A stretch of 64,000 nucleotides of DNA. Source: Methanobacteriota archaeon (GTDB lineage: Archaea > Thermoplasmatota > E2 > DHVEG-1). Below are positions 10,571 through 20,354 of this stretch, in pieces. The DNA lies in contig JAPKYE010000028.1 in the NCBI GenBank assembly GCA_026394495.1, positions 6,691 to 70,690 of the forward strand, written 5' to 3'. The notes under the pieces were generated by a model. That model was given only the letters and a program-made list of their open reading frames with translations, was not told where the DNA came from and did not search any database. Numbering within the stretch: the stretch's first letter is position 1; each line of letters opens with the position of its first letter. A program made the position numbers and the translations under genes.

Positions 10571-11113
10571 ATGACAAAAATGACTGAGATTAAAGAAAAC
10601 GTGAAAATCCCGGGTGGCGTTGAGATTTCCATTGACAATAAAACCGTTTTGGTGAAAGGACCAAAAGGAACACTTACGCGAACATTTGATCACCCACGAA
10701 TTAATATAACAAAAAAAGAAAACATCGTTGAAGTACTCTGCACAGAGTCACCTCATAAACGAGAAAAAGCATTAGTGGGAACAGCTGCTGCGCACATCAA
10801 CAACATGATGAAAGGGGTAAGTGAAGGGTTTGAATACAAGATGAAAACCGTGTTCGCTCATTTCCCGATTAAAACAAGTGTCGAAGGAAACACATTTATT
10901 GTTCAGAATTTTCTCGGAGAACGATCCCCGCGTAAGACAACGATCCTTGATGGAGTAAAAGTCGCAATCCAAGCTGAGATCGTCACCGTATCTGGTATCG
11001 ATAAAGAAAACGTTGGGCAAACCGCAGCGAACATCGAGCGAGCAACCAAAGTAAAAAAACGAGATGTCCGGGTGTTCCAAGACGGTATTTACATCATTAG
11101 CAGAAGAGGGTAA
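10571..11113 (+). CDS. rpl6: 50S ribosomal protein uL6
   Basis: L6 family two-domain protein. Confidence 0.88.
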   Translation: MTKMTEIKENVKIPGGVEISIDNKTVLVKGPKGTLTRTFDHPRINITKKENIVEVLCTESPHKREKALVGTAAAHINNMMKGVSEGFEYKMKTVFAHFPIKTSVEGNTFIVQNFLGERSPRKTTILDGVKVAIQAEIVTVSGIDKENVGQTAANIERATKVKKRDVRVFQDGIYIISRRG

Positions 11114-11118
11114 AACAT

Positions 11119-11868
11119 ATGACAAAAAAAGATGATACGATCAAGGAATTCACCGCGTTAAAAGGAGTGGGAAAAAACAAAGCCGAGCTCCTCTACAATC
11201 ATGGGTTTAATTCATTGCAAAAACTAAAAAAAACATCAGTTGACGATCTTGTAAAGGTGAAAGGAATCACCAAGAAAAACGCCCAGGACATACTTTCACA
11301 ACTCCAAGAAAAAAAACCTGATACGAAAAAGACACAAAAGAAAACAGAAACCAAAAAAGAATCAACAAAACCCAACTTAAAAAAAGATGAAAAAGACACC
11401 GTGACAGAAACACAAACAAAACCAGAGGAAACCGTTGAAATCGTAGAACCAGAAGGTAAATACCACGTAAAAAAGAAACCAGAGCTAACGGACAAACAAA
11501 AACAACAGCTGATCCAGCGTAAACATATAAAAAGCAGAACACCCCGGTTTCTGCGTGATCAATGGTTCCGGTATAAACGCATACCGATGACCTGGCGCAG
11601 ACCTCGAGGAATAACCTCAAAATTTCGGATGAACAAAGGATACCGACCCAGTCTGGTCCGGATCGGATTCCGCGGTCCAAAAGACGTACGCGGGTTGCAT
11701 TCATCAGGGTTTGAAGAAGTCCTCGTTCATAACGTCTTAGATTTACAGAAACTAAACCCAAAAACACAAGCGGCCCGTGTCGGCGGCACAGTCGGGACAC
11801 GCAAACGCATAGATATCGCAAAGAAAGCAGCAGAACTTGACATTCGCATATTAAACATGAAGGTGTAA
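11119..11868 (+). CDS. rpl32e: 50S ribosomal protein eL32 with N-terminal HhH + Lys-rich extension
   Basis: C-terminal half matches L32e (RFLRDQWFRYKRI...); N-terminus ALKGVGKNKAELLYNHGFNSLQKL...VKGITKKNAQDIL is an HhH pair. Confidence 0.85.
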   Translation: MTKKDDTIKEFTALKGVGKNKAELLYNHGFNSLQKLKKTSVDDLVKVKGITKKNAQDILSQLQEKKPDTKKTQKKTETKKESTKPNLKKDEKDTVTETQTKPEETVEIVEPEGKYHVKKKPELTDKQKQQLIQRKHIKSRTPRFLRDQWFRYKRIPMTWRRPRGITSKFRMNKGYRPSLVRIGFRGPKDVRGLHSSGFEEVLVHNVLDLQKLNPKTQAARVGGTVGTRKRIDIAKKAAELDIRILNMKV

Positions 11869-11871
11869 TAT

Positions 11872-12333
11872 ATGACTGATTTACGAAATCAACGCCGGAT
11901 GGCTGCATCAATTCTGAAATGCGGTAGGAACCGGGTATGGATGGATCCAGACAGAATGGAAGAGATAGCGAAAGCGGTCGTCCGAAAAGACATCCGCGTG
12001 CTCATCAACGGAGGAGCAGTAAAAAGCCTCCGGATACAAGGTATTTCCAGTGGACGAAGAAAATTAAACATCATACAGAAAGAAAAAGGCAGACAACGAG
12101 GCTTTGGCTCACGAAAAGGAAAGAAACATGCACGTCTGCCAAAAAAAGACCGCTGGATGCAAACAATCCGGGCGTTACGGACGTATCTAGCCCAACTTCG
12201 AGAAGAAAAAAAACTGGATCCGACGAGTTACCGAACATACTATATGAAATCAAAAGGCGGCGAATACCGCAGTGTGAACCATTTGAAATCCCATCTGATC
12301 TCAGATGGCGTCATTAAGGAGGAGAAACAATGA
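11872..12333 (+). CDS. rpl19e: 50S ribosomal protein eL19
   Basis: MTDLRNQRRMAASILKCGRNRVWMDP... Confidence 0.9.
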   Translation: MTDLRNQRRMAASILKCGRNRVWMDPDRMEEIAKAVVRKDIRVLINGGAVKSLRIQGISSGRRKLNIIQKEKGRQRGFGSRKGKKHARLPKKDRWMQTIRALRTYLAQLREEKKLDPTSYRTYYMKSKGGEYRSVNHLKSHLISDGVIKEEKQ

Positions 12334-12845
12334 AGGCAGGGCCACGATACCATGTAAAACCAAGGCGACAACGACTTGGACGAACAGATTACCGACGACG
12401 ACTAAGTTTGCTTCGATCAAGAAAAACACGAATCGTTGTACGAAAATCCATTAAAAACACCCGTGTTCAGTTCGTGGAATACTACCAAACAGGTGATAAG
12501 ATTCTTGTCTATGCGATTTCTGATGAACTCGTGAAACAGTATCATTGGAAATATTCAGCGGCGACGACGCCTGCTGCATATCTCACAGGGCTTCTAGCGG
12601 GAATTAAAGCAAAAGAACAAGGGATTACCGAAGGCGTTCTTGACATAGGACGATATAACCCGACGAAAGGATCAAAACTGTTTGCCGTTGTAAAAGGAGT
12701 TATTGACGCAGGAATAAATTGTCCTTGCGATGAGAAGATGCTCCCCAGTGAAGATAGACTGCTGGGAAAACACCTCAACAAAGACATTGAACATCATGTT
12801 CTTGACATAAAACAAAAGATTATGGGAGCTGCAAAGAATGACTGA
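12330..12845 (+). CDS. rpl18: 50S ribosomal protein uL18
   Basis: L18 family; ATGA overlap. Confidence 0.88.
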   Translation: MKAGPRYHVKPRRQRLGRTDYRRRLSLLRSRKTRIVVRKSIKNTRVQFVEYYQTGDKILVYAISDELVKQYHWKYSAATTPAAYLTGLLAGIKAKEQGITEGVLDIGRYNPTKGSKLFAVVKGVIDAGINCPCDEKMLPSEDRLLGKHLNKDIEHHVLDIKQKIMGAAKND

Positions 12846-13602
12846 AAGACGATCAAGACCAGCAGGACGAAGAAGACGAGTAGATCTTGATGGTGCACAA
12901 CCGTTAATTGAATGGGCACCAAAGACACAACTTGGAAAACTTGTGAAAAGTGGTGCGATCACCACCATGAGTGATGCATTGAAAACAGGTCTTCCACTCA
13001 GAGAAGCCCAAGTCGTTGACGTATTAGTCCCTGGCATCGAAGATGAGGTTATCGACGTGAACATGGTGCAGCGGATGACAGATTCCGGCAGACGGGTAAG
13101 GTTCGTGATCACGGTTGCCGTCGGCAATAACGACGGATTCATTGGTCTTGGCCAATCAAAAGGCAGAGAAGTCGGCTCCAGCATTAAACGAGCAATTGAT
13201 AATGCTAAACTTAATCTTATTGAAATTCGACGTGGCTGCGGATCATGGGAATGCGGATGTAGAAAACCACATACGGTCCCGTTTGCAGTAACGGGAAAAA
13301 GCGGATCAGTTGAAGTCACGTTTAAACCAGCACCCCATGGTATTGGTCTAGCGACTGGTGATGTCGCAAAAAAGATCCTAAAGCTAGCAGGCGTTTCAGA
13401 CTGCTGGGCATTCACCCGGGGAAAAACCAAAACCACGGTTAACTATGCAAAAGCAGTGTACAATGCACTTGAACGAAATGCTGAAATTCGCGTTACTCCT
13501 CAGGAGAAAACAAACCTGGGGATTCTCTTTGGAAAGGTAGTTCTTCCTTCATCTGAAGAAAAAATAGTGCCTGATCAACCACCAAAACAACCGGAGGCAT
13601 AG
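12838..13602 (+). CDS. rps5: 30S ribosomal protein uS5
   Basis: S5 dsRBD + C-terminal domain (…GCGSWECGCRKPH…). Confidence 0.9.
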   Translation: MTERRSRPAGRRRRVDLDGAQPLIEWAPKTQLGKLVKSGAITTMSDALKTGLPLREAQVVDVLVPGIEDEVIDVNMVQRMTDSGRRVRFVITVAVGNNDGFIGLGQSKGREVGSSIKRAIDNAKLNLIEIRRGCGSWECGCRKPHTVPFAVTGKSGSVEVTFKPAPHGIGLATGDVAKKILKLAGVSDCWAFTRGKTKTTVNYAKAVYNALERNAEIRVTPQEKTNLGILFGKVVLPSSEEKIVPDQPPKQPEA

Positions 13603-13606
13603 AATC

Positions 13607-14071
13607 ATGGTGTATGCAGTTGTACGAGTACGAGGAACAATAAAAATCAAACCCGATATCAAAAAAACGTTACGATTTCTACGGTTAAACAAAGTGAACC
13701 ATTGTGTGTTAATAGCGGAAAACGATGTTTACAAGGGCATGCTGCAGACAGCAAAGGATTATGTCACCTGGGGAGAACTCTCCAAGGACATGGTATCTAA
13801 ACTCATCACCGCACGTGGGATGCTCAGCGGGGATAAACCCGTAACAGAAGACCATGTGAAAACATCGACATCCTACAAGACCATAGAGACATTATCCGAG
13901 GCGATCACCAGTGGGAAATTCGCATACAAAGAAATCCCTGAGATAAAACCTGTGTTCCGATTACATCCACCGAAAAACGGGTACGAAGGCATCAAACGGT
14001 CATATCCCAATGGCGGAGCACTTGGATACCGCGGGAAAGAAATAAACAAGCTCATCGAACGCATGCTTTAA
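13607..14071 (+). CDS. rpl30: 50S ribosomal protein uL30
   Basis: MVYAVVRVRGTIKIKPDIKKTLRFLRLNK... Confidence 0.9.
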   Translation: MVYAVVRVRGTIKIKPDIKKTLRFLRLNKVNHCVLIAENDVYKGMLQTAKDYVTWGELSKDMVSKLITARGMLSGDKPVTEDHVKTSTSYKTIETLSEAITSGKFAYKEIPEIKPVFRLHPPKNGYEGIKRSYPNGGALGYRGKEINKLIERML

Positions 14072-14141
14072 ATACTCACCCCAAAAAAATTCAAAAGATT
14101 TTTATATAACTTCCTTTATTGTACACGCTGAGAGGGATAGT

Positions 14142-14351
14142 ATGGAGGAAGTATTATACAATATCGAAATCCATAAGGATGAGGATAGGTATCTGGGAAA
14201 AATCTACTCCGATATCGATGGGATGAAAGAATTTGAAAACCAAAAAATTTATGATCTCTTACGAGACATAACGTTTGATATCGAGCTTGCACTCGAGGAG
14301 TTCTCAAGTCGATCTGAGGATATCCTTGAACCACAAGAAGAAGTAAAATAA
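14142..14351 (+). CDS. Small acidic hypothetical protein (69 aa)
   Basis: ORF only; highly acidic (D/E-rich); occupies the slot where L15/secY normally follow L30. Confidence 0.35.
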   Translation: MEEVLYNIEIHKDEDRYLGKIYSDIDGMKEFENQKIYDLLRDITFDIELALEEFSSRSEDILEPQEEVK

Positions 14352-14466
14352 CTGATTTCACCCAGGAAACCTATATAAACCTGTGACGTAAGGCCTGTAG
14401 GGTAACCTTTTTAAATACTTCTGGTATTTGGAGGTCCTACCATCCTTATGTATTGGAGGAATTATA

Positions 14467-14652
14467 GTGGAATATACACGGTTTGAAAAAGCACGAATCA
14501 TCGGTGCACGAGCATTACAAATATCAATGGGTGCACCATCAACTCTTGCAAAGATTCCAAAAGGTGTTTATGACCCTATTGAAATCGCAATGGTAGAATT
14601 CAAAGAAGATGCAATACCGATCACAGTAAAACGAAATACAACTACTAATTAG
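14467..14652 (+). CDS. rpoK: DNA-directed RNA polymerase subunit Rpo6 (RpoK/omega-like)
   Basis: [23 protein letters not shown] matches Rpo6/Rpb6; GGAGGA RBS 7 nt upstream of GTG 14467 (the table TTG 14428 is probably an over-extension). Confidence 0.8.
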   Translation: MEYTRFEKARIIGARALQISMGAPSTLAKIPKGVYDPIEIAMVEFKEDAIPITVKRNTTTN

Positions 14653-14675
14653 ACAAAAAAGAAGGAAAAAAACAT

Positions 14676-15308
14676 ATGACAGAAGAAAACGAACAAACAG
14701 CAAAAACCGAAAACGACGACATGATGGTTTCTGAAGAAACCTACATGACATCAGGAGTCCATATCGGAACCAGACAGAAAACAGCAGACATCAAAGATTT
14801 CATCTACAAAGTCAGAAATGATGGATTATACATCATCGATGTAAAACAAACCGATAAAAAAATAAAGATTGCTGCGAAGCTTCTCGCGAAATATGACCCT
14901 TCAAAAATCTTGGCGGTATCAGTACGGCAATACGGGCAGAAACCCATCCGTAAACTAGGGGAACACACCGGTATCACTGTTTTTGATGGAAGATTCAGAC
15001 CAGGGACGTTAACAAACCCTAATTCCGATAATTTTTTTGAGCCAGAGGTCATTATCTTAACAGATCCCCTCGCTGACATGCAGGCGCTTCATGAGGCACA
15101 AAACATAGGGATACCTGTGATTGCTCTTTGCGATACCAACAACGAAACCAAATACGTCGATATCGCGATTCCCACCAACAACAAAGGACGACGGGCACTT
15201 GCTTTAGTGTACTGGCTGCTCGCCCGCGAGATGCAAAAAGCACAGGGAAAAATAAAATCAGATGAAGAATTCGCTGTGACCGTGGAAGATTTCGAAGCTG
15301 AAATCTAA
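14676..15308 (+). CDS. rps2: 30S ribosomal protein uS2
   Basis: ...[11 protein letters not shown]...LYIIDV...[11 protein letters not shown]... S2 family. Confidence 0.88.
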   Translation: MTEENEQTAKTENDDMMVSEETYMTSGVHIGTRQKTADIKDFIYKVRNDGLYIIDVKQTDKKIKIAAKLLAKYDPSKILAVSVRQYGQKPIRKLGEHTGITVFDGRFRPGTLTNPNSDNFFEPEVIILTDPLADMQALHEAQNIGIPVIALCDTNNETKYVDIAIPTNNKGRRALALVYWLLAREMQKAQGKIKSDEEFAVTVEDFEAEI

Positions 15309-15367
15309 AACAGGCAACAGGTTTTTGAATAGGGTTATGCATTCTATTTACTACTAAAGAGCAGGAG

Positions 15368-16552
15368 ATGCACCCATTGCACATCACCATTAATGATCGT
15401 ATTATTCTTGTGGGAACAGCCCATATTTCTCAAGAGAGCGTTGACGAGGTACGAACAGTTATTGAAACAACTCAACCCGATATTGTTGCTGTGGAACTCT
15501 GCGAACGGCGATACAAGGCGCTCACTGAGAAAACAAAATGGGAGAACACACCAATCACTGCTTTACTCAAATCAAATATGGCGTATCTTATTCTTGCACA
15601 GACGTTTCTTTCTGCGATCCAGCGGAAACTAGGCAAAGAACACGGCATTGAACCTGGCTCAGAAATGATCGCAGCTATTGACGAAGCAAAAAAACAACAA
15701 AAAACTATTGCGTTAATCGACCGTGACATCACCATTACCTTGAAACGAGCATGGCGGAAGATGGGAATCCGCGAGAAAACCCGGCTTGCTTGGGAGTTCA
15801 TGAAAGCATTGTTTGGATATGATGACGAAGAACTCGAAGAGCTTGACCTCAAAGAACTCATGAAACAAGATGTGATCTCTGCGATGATGGAAGAATTCAA
15901 AGACATCGCACCAAGCGCCGCCGAAGTACTCATTTATGAGCGAGATGCATACATCGCCAAAAAAATTTTTGAGGAAAGCAAAAAAGGAAAAGTCGTTGCG
16001 GTCGTTGGCGCAGGACATATCGAAGGCATCAAGCATCATCTCGAAGAAAAAGAACTCAACGTTGACTTAGAGAAACTTGAACAAATACCAAAAAAACGCA
16101 TCAGTGTCGGAAAAGTAGCTGCTGTTGCAGTTCCAGTGATTTTTGCAGCGGTTGTGTTTTGGCTTATTTTCTCACAAGGATTCAATCAGGCATCCTGGGA
16201 CAAAATCAAAGATATATTCCTGATATGGTTCCTAGTACACGGCTGTCTCTCAGGCCTTGGCGTTTTGATTGCTAGGGGGCATCCTCTCGCAATTCTCACC
16301 GCGTTTGTTGCAGCTCCGTTTACCTCACTTGAACCGTTTTTTGCCCCGGGTTGGTTTGCTGGTGTCGTAGAAGCAAAATTCCGGATGCCTGTGGTAAAAG
16401 ATTTCCAAGGACTGAGCAACATCGAAAGCATGAAGGATTTTTTTAACAATAAAGTCATCCGCCTCATCATGGTTGTCGCACTCGCAAACCTGGGAAGCAT
16501 CATTGGTACAATTATTGCGCTTCCCTGGATTCTAAGCCTAGGGGTTGGATAA
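15368..16552 (+). CDS. TraB/GumN family protein with C-terminal transmembrane segments
   Basis: N-terminal ILVGTAHISQES...VAVELCERR TraB signature; hydrophobic C-terminus. Confidence 0.7.
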   Translation: MHPLHITINDRIILVGTAHISQESVDEVRTVIETTQPDIVAVELCERRYKALTEKTKWENTPITALLKSNMAYLILAQTFLSAIQRKLGKEHGIEPGSEMIAAIDEAKKQQKTIALIDRDITITLKRAWRKMGIREKTRLAWEFMKALFGYDDEELEELDLKELMKQDVISAMMEEFKDIAPSAAEVLIYERDAYIAKKIFEESKKGKVVAVVGAGHIEGIKHHLEEKELNVDLEKLEQIPKKRISVGKVAAVAVPVIFAAVVFWLIFSQGFNQASWDKIKDIFLIWFLVHGCLSGLGVLIARGHPLAILTAFVAAPFTSLEPFFAPGWFAGVVEAKFRMPVVKDFQGLSNIESMKDFFNNKVIRLIMVVALANLGSIIGTIIALPWILSLGVG

Positions 16553-16602
16553 ATAAATAGGGGCACAAAACATTCATAAGCCCTTTTTTTATAAGATGTG
16601 AC

Positions 16603-17325
16603 GTGGCTGAGCAGAAAAAAATCCGTCAATCACTTCACGATATACCACCTAGAGAATACATGTATTTTCCGAAGGGAACACTTGATCTGGGGAAACCAGG
16701 GCAGTTCAGCAGAATGGAAATCAGCCATATCTTAATCGCGATGACAGTCCTCACCGTTGCGTTTGCGTTTCCGCTTTCGCAAAGTAGTCTTCTTTCCGGT
16801 AACATTTCTTTTAATGATTTGGTGTCCGTGCTGCCTATTTCGTTTCTCGCGTTGTTTACCGCGTTTTTTGTCCATGAGCTTTCGCATAAGTTTATGGCAC
16901 AGAGATATGGGTTGTGGTCTGAGTTTCGGATGTCTCTTGGCGGGCTAGTGTTTTCCATTATTCTTGCAGTGTTCACAGGTATAGTTTTTGCCGCGCCAGG
17001 GGCCGTAATGTTTCGTGGGGAGATACGCAGGTTTGAGATGGGTCGTATCGCGGTTGCAGGGGCTTTAGCAAATATTGTTATTGCAGGGGTTACTCTTCCC
17101 GCATATCTTTTTGTGTTTGCAGATGCCGGGTTTATTGGGAGGCTTGTTGGATTTGTATGTTTTGTAAATGCTCTACTTGCCACCTTTAACCTTATCCCCG
17201 TTGGTCAGCTTGATGGAGCAAAGGTTCTTTCATGGAATGAACTGGTCTGGGGACTACTATTTATTGTTGCGATCGTGATTACGATTCTGATTGTAAGTCG
17301 CCTGCCTTCTTTCTGGTTTGGATAA
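16603..17325 (+). CDS. Site-2 protease family (M50) intramembrane zinc metalloprotease
   Basis: HELSHKFMAQRYG (HExxH) within a polytopic membrane protein. Confidence 0.7.
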   Translation: MAEQKKIRQSLHDIPPREYMYFPKGTLDLGKPGQFSRMEISHILIAMTVLTVAFAFPLSQSSLLSGNISFNDLVSVLPISFLALFTAFFVHELSHKFMAQRYGLWSEFRMSLGGLVFSIILAVFTGIVFAAPGAVMFRGEIRRFEMGRIAVAGALANIVIAGVTLPAYLFVFADAGFIGRLVGFVCFVNALLATFNLIPVGQLDGAKVLSWNELVWGLLFIVAIVITILIVSRLPSFWFG

Positions 17326-17415
17326 ACATATAAATTATGAAAAGAACTCAAAACACACGTGGTTTGGGTGCTTGCAGGTCCACCACTATTTTTATAACAT
17401 ATTTTATTATAAAAA

Positions 17416-17874
17416 TTACAAGTTTTGTACCGGATAACCAGCTTCTTTCCAAGCTTCTATTCCACCAATTAAATTATATACATGGTCATCTTCCCACGTT
17501 GAATACTTTGATACTACGTAAGCAATAAATTCACTCGTTTTACCAATGTTACAATAGAGGATGACATTTTTATTTTTTAACATAACACCAAAAATATCAA
17601 TTATGCTACTCCTATCCGGGTTGCCAGGGATCGGATCTTTATAACGAAAAATAAGATAATATGGGATGCACTTCACTTTATCTGGCATTTGTATTCTTTC
17701 TTTTAAAAATGATTTATATTCTCTAATGTCTATAAATATTATATCTTTATTTGAAATACCCATCTTATATGCTTCTTCTGCAGTAATATTCGTATAGTGG
17801 GGTACTGATGTGACTATAGGGCATATTAAAAGGAATAGAATTACAAATGTTGGTATGATGCTATATTTATTCAC
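17416..17874 (-). CDS. Rhodanese-like sulfurtransferase domain protein with N-terminal signal/TM
   Basis: Active-site Cys loop YCNIGKTS and C-terminal LIGGIEAWKEAGYPV typical of rhodanese. Confidence 0.65.
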   Translation of the reverse strand: MNKYSIIPTFVILFLLICPIVTSVPHYTNITAEEAYKMGISNKDIIFIDIREYKSFLKERIQMPDKVKCIPYYLIFRYKDPIPGNPDRSSIIDIFGVMLKNKNVILYCNIGKTSEFIAYVVSKYSTWEDDHVYNLIGGIEAWKEAGYPVQNL

Positions 17875-18001
17875 AATATATTATTTATAATTACAAATAT
17901 ATAAATGTTTCTGATATATCGGCAGATCTGCTGTCGCCATTAATATTGTTTTAATTGACGAGGCAAACGTATATATTCCCACTTGTTGATATTTTCTACA
18001 G

Positions 18002-18772
18002 ATGAAAACACTCGGGGTTTACACCAAGGATTTTTCACTGTACCATGATCTGTTAAAAGTGTTAAAAAGACGAAAAATTGCGTATGTTTCATTGTTTTCA
18101 CCACAAGATATTCCCCAGCGCATAGGCATCATTCTCACCGCACATGCTGAGTTCCACGACATAAAACATAAAGAAGCGGTGGCTGCAGATGCATACGACT
18201 CACTGGATCATGCCGTAGATGTCGCCCTTCGCCTTCTACATGGCAAAGAGATGTACGCAAAGGTTTTTATTGGAATTGACCCCGGTGAATCACCAGGTGT
18301 TGCAATTGTCGGAGATGATGTTCTTTTGCATAAAACCCAGGTTGAATCACCAGAAAAAATTGTTTCCTTGGTCAAACAATACCTGCGAGAATACCCCTCG
18401 ATAGAAACCATGATTCGAATTGGACATGGTGCAATTATTATCAGAAACCGGATCATCAACTCCCTTATTCCGCTTCATATTCCAATCGAGATCGTCGACG
18501 AAACAAAAACAACACCATCCAAACAAATAAGCCGATGTGAAAAAGACAGCGAGGCAGCAGCAGCAATCGCATTACGCTCTGGGGGAAAGGTTCAGATGAA
18601 ACTCCCGCTTAAACCTACAAGAGGTGCGATAAAAGACATCCAACGACACAGCAGACAGTTCACCGATGGAACATTTACAATATCTGAGAAAACCGCTGAG
18701 GATGTGCTTAAAGGTGTTCTGAGTTTGAAAGAAGCAGTGGAAAAAGAAAAAAAACCTTCGAAACGTTTATGA
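18002..18772 (+). CDS. RNase H-fold nuclease, RuvC/YqgF-like (COG2433-like), with an extra N-terminal domain
   Basis: FIGIDPGESPGVAIV (D-x-G motif) and downstream IVDETKTT (DExxTT) resemble YqgF/RuvC catalytic motifs. Confidence 0.5.
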   Translation: MKTLGVYTKDFSLYHDLLKVLKRRKIAYVSLFSPQDIPQRIGIILTAHAEFHDIKHKEAVAADAYDSLDHAVDVALRLLHGKEMYAKVFIGIDPGESPGVAIVGDDVLLHKTQVESPEKIVSLVKQYLREYPSIETMIRIGHGAIIIRNRIINSLIPLHIPIEIVDETKTTPSKQISRCEKDSEAAAAIALRSGGKVQMKLPLKPTRGAIKDIQRHSRQFTDGTFTISEKTAEDVLKGVLSLKEAVEKEKKPSKRL

Positions 18773-18803
18773 GCCGGGTATTTATGTTCGTTGGGTAAGA
18801 GTA

Positions 18804-20354
18804 ATGGAATTGAAACGTGCGCTAATCAGTGTTTCTGATAAGACAGGTCTTGTTGAATTAGCAACCGTGTTTTCTAAAGCAGGTATTGAGATTATCTCCA
18901 CAGGTGGCACTGCATCGGTGTTACAGAAAGCTGGGATTTCTTTTATAGATATTTCTGATGTCACTGGTTTTCCTGAGATGCTTGATGGCCGGGTGAAAAC
19001 CCTTCATCCAGTTGTTCATGCAGGGATTCTTGCAGAGCGAAAGAAAAAAGAACATATGGCTACGTTACAAAAACACAAGATACAACCTGTTGATATCGTG
19101 GTATGTAACCTGTATCCTTTTGAGCAGACGATTAAAAAACCAGATGTGAAAATCGAAGAAGTCATTGAAAATATTGATATCGGCGGGCCGACGTTGATAC
19201 GGGCAGCAGCAAAAAACTATCAGGATGTCATTGTGGTCACAAATCCACAACAGTACCCGGAGATCATCAAAGGTATCACATCAAAAAAAGGATTTACTGA
19301 GGAACAACACAGAAGATTAGCTCTTGAAGCATACACACATACAGCGCAATACGACAGCATTATTTCCCAGTATCTTCACAGTAAGTGGACCACAGAGGTA
19401 TTACCTGAGAACCCGTCGTTTACCATGCGTAAGATAGAGGAAATGCGCTACGGGGAGAATCCGCATCAGAAAGGTGCATTTTATCAAAAACTTCCCGAGG
19501 TTACAGAACCATGTATTACTACTTCAAAACAACTTCAAGGAAAGGAACTATCGTTTAACAACATCCTTGATGGGAACTGCGCGATTGAATGCATAAAAGA
19601 GTTTTCTGAGCCGTCCTGCGTCATCATCAAACATGCAACGCCCTGCGGGGTTGCAAGTGCAAAAACATTGCTGCAGGCATGGAAAGATGCCTATGCCACA
19701 GACGTCTTTTCTCCTTATGGCGGTATTGTCGCGTTTAACCAAGAAGTAGATCGCGGCGTTGCTGAAGAGCTGTCCCCCTATTTTCTTGAAGTGATTATCG
19801 CCCCTCATTTTAGTAAAGATGCTTTTTCTGTGTTCGGAAAAAAGAAAAACCTCAGACTGCTTGAATGCACAAGTCTAGGAACAGATATTGAACGCAAAGG
19901 ACTTGATATCCGCAGCGTCGTCGGAGGATTTCTCATCCAAGAACGAGACATATGGTTTTCACCAAAGGAAAACTGGAAGGTTGTCACTACAAAGAAACCG
20001 TCTATTGAGGATCTTGCATCGATGGAGTTTGCAGTACGCTGTGTAAAACACGTGAAATCAAACTCAGTGCTGTTTGTGAAAGGAACACAGACTGTTGCTA
20101 TCGGCGGCGGACAAACCTCCCGGGTGGATGCCACATGGATTGCAACCCATAAAGGAAAAGATAACATAAAAGGATCAATCATGGCAAGCGATGCGTTTTT
20201 CCCATTTCGAGATGGAGTCGATGTCGCTGCACAAGCCGGAGTAAAAGCAATCATTCAACCCGGTGGAAGCATCCGCGATGAAGAAGTAATCCAGGCGGCA
20301 AACGAACATGGGATTTCGATGGTGTTTTCCGGGCAGCGATACTTTAGACATTGA
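18804..20354 (+). CDS. purH: Bifunctional AICAR transformylase / IMP cyclohydrolase
   Basis: MELKRALISVSDKTGL (MGS-like domain) followed by the AICARFT domain; 516 aa. Confidence 0.9.
   Translation: MELKRALISVSDKTGLVELATVFSKAGIEIISTGGTASVLQKAGISFIDISDVTGFPEMLDGRVKTLHPVVHAGILAERKKKEHMATLQKHKIQPVDIVVCNLYPFEQTIKKPDVKIEEVIENIDIGGPTLIRAAAKNYQDVIVVTNPQQYPEIIKGITSKKGFTEEQHRRLALEAYTHTAQYDSIISQYLHSKWTTEVLPENPSFTMRKIEEMRYGENPHQKGAFYQKLPEVTEPCITTSKQLQGKELSFNNILDGNCAIECIKEFSEPSCVIIKHATPCGVASAKTLLQAWKDAYATDVFSPYGGIVAFNQEVDRGVAEELSPYFLEVIIAPHFSKDAFSVFGKKKNLRLLECTSLGTDIERKGLDIRSVVGGFLIQERDIWFSPKENWKVVTTKKPSIEDLASMEFAVRCVKHVKSNSVLFVKGTQTVAIGGGQTSRVDATWIATHKGKDNIKGSIMASDAFFPFRDGVDVAAQAGVKAIIQPGGSIRDEEVIQAANEHGISMVFSGQRYFRH

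Noticed and set aside
11267-11911. 214-aa minus-strand ORF antisense to rpl32e
   Set aside because: Antisense shadow of the Lys-rich (AAA/AAG) region; no conserved features.
12672-13436. 254-aa minus-strand ORF antisense to rps5/rpl18
   Set aside because: Overlaps two conserved r-protein genes; spurious.
14428-14466. TTG-initiated N-terminal extension of rpoK
   Set aside because: GGAGGA RBS sits inside the extension, 7 nt upstream of GTG 14467; Rpo6 homologs start near [10 protein letters not shown].
15472-16629. Minus-strand ORFs (153, 108, 147 aa) antisense to the TraB gene
   Set aside because: Antisense shadows; the TraB frame has a clear family signature.
16635-17183. 182-aa minus-strand ORF antisense to the M50 protease gene
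   Set aside because: The HExxH-containing plus frame is clearly the real gene.
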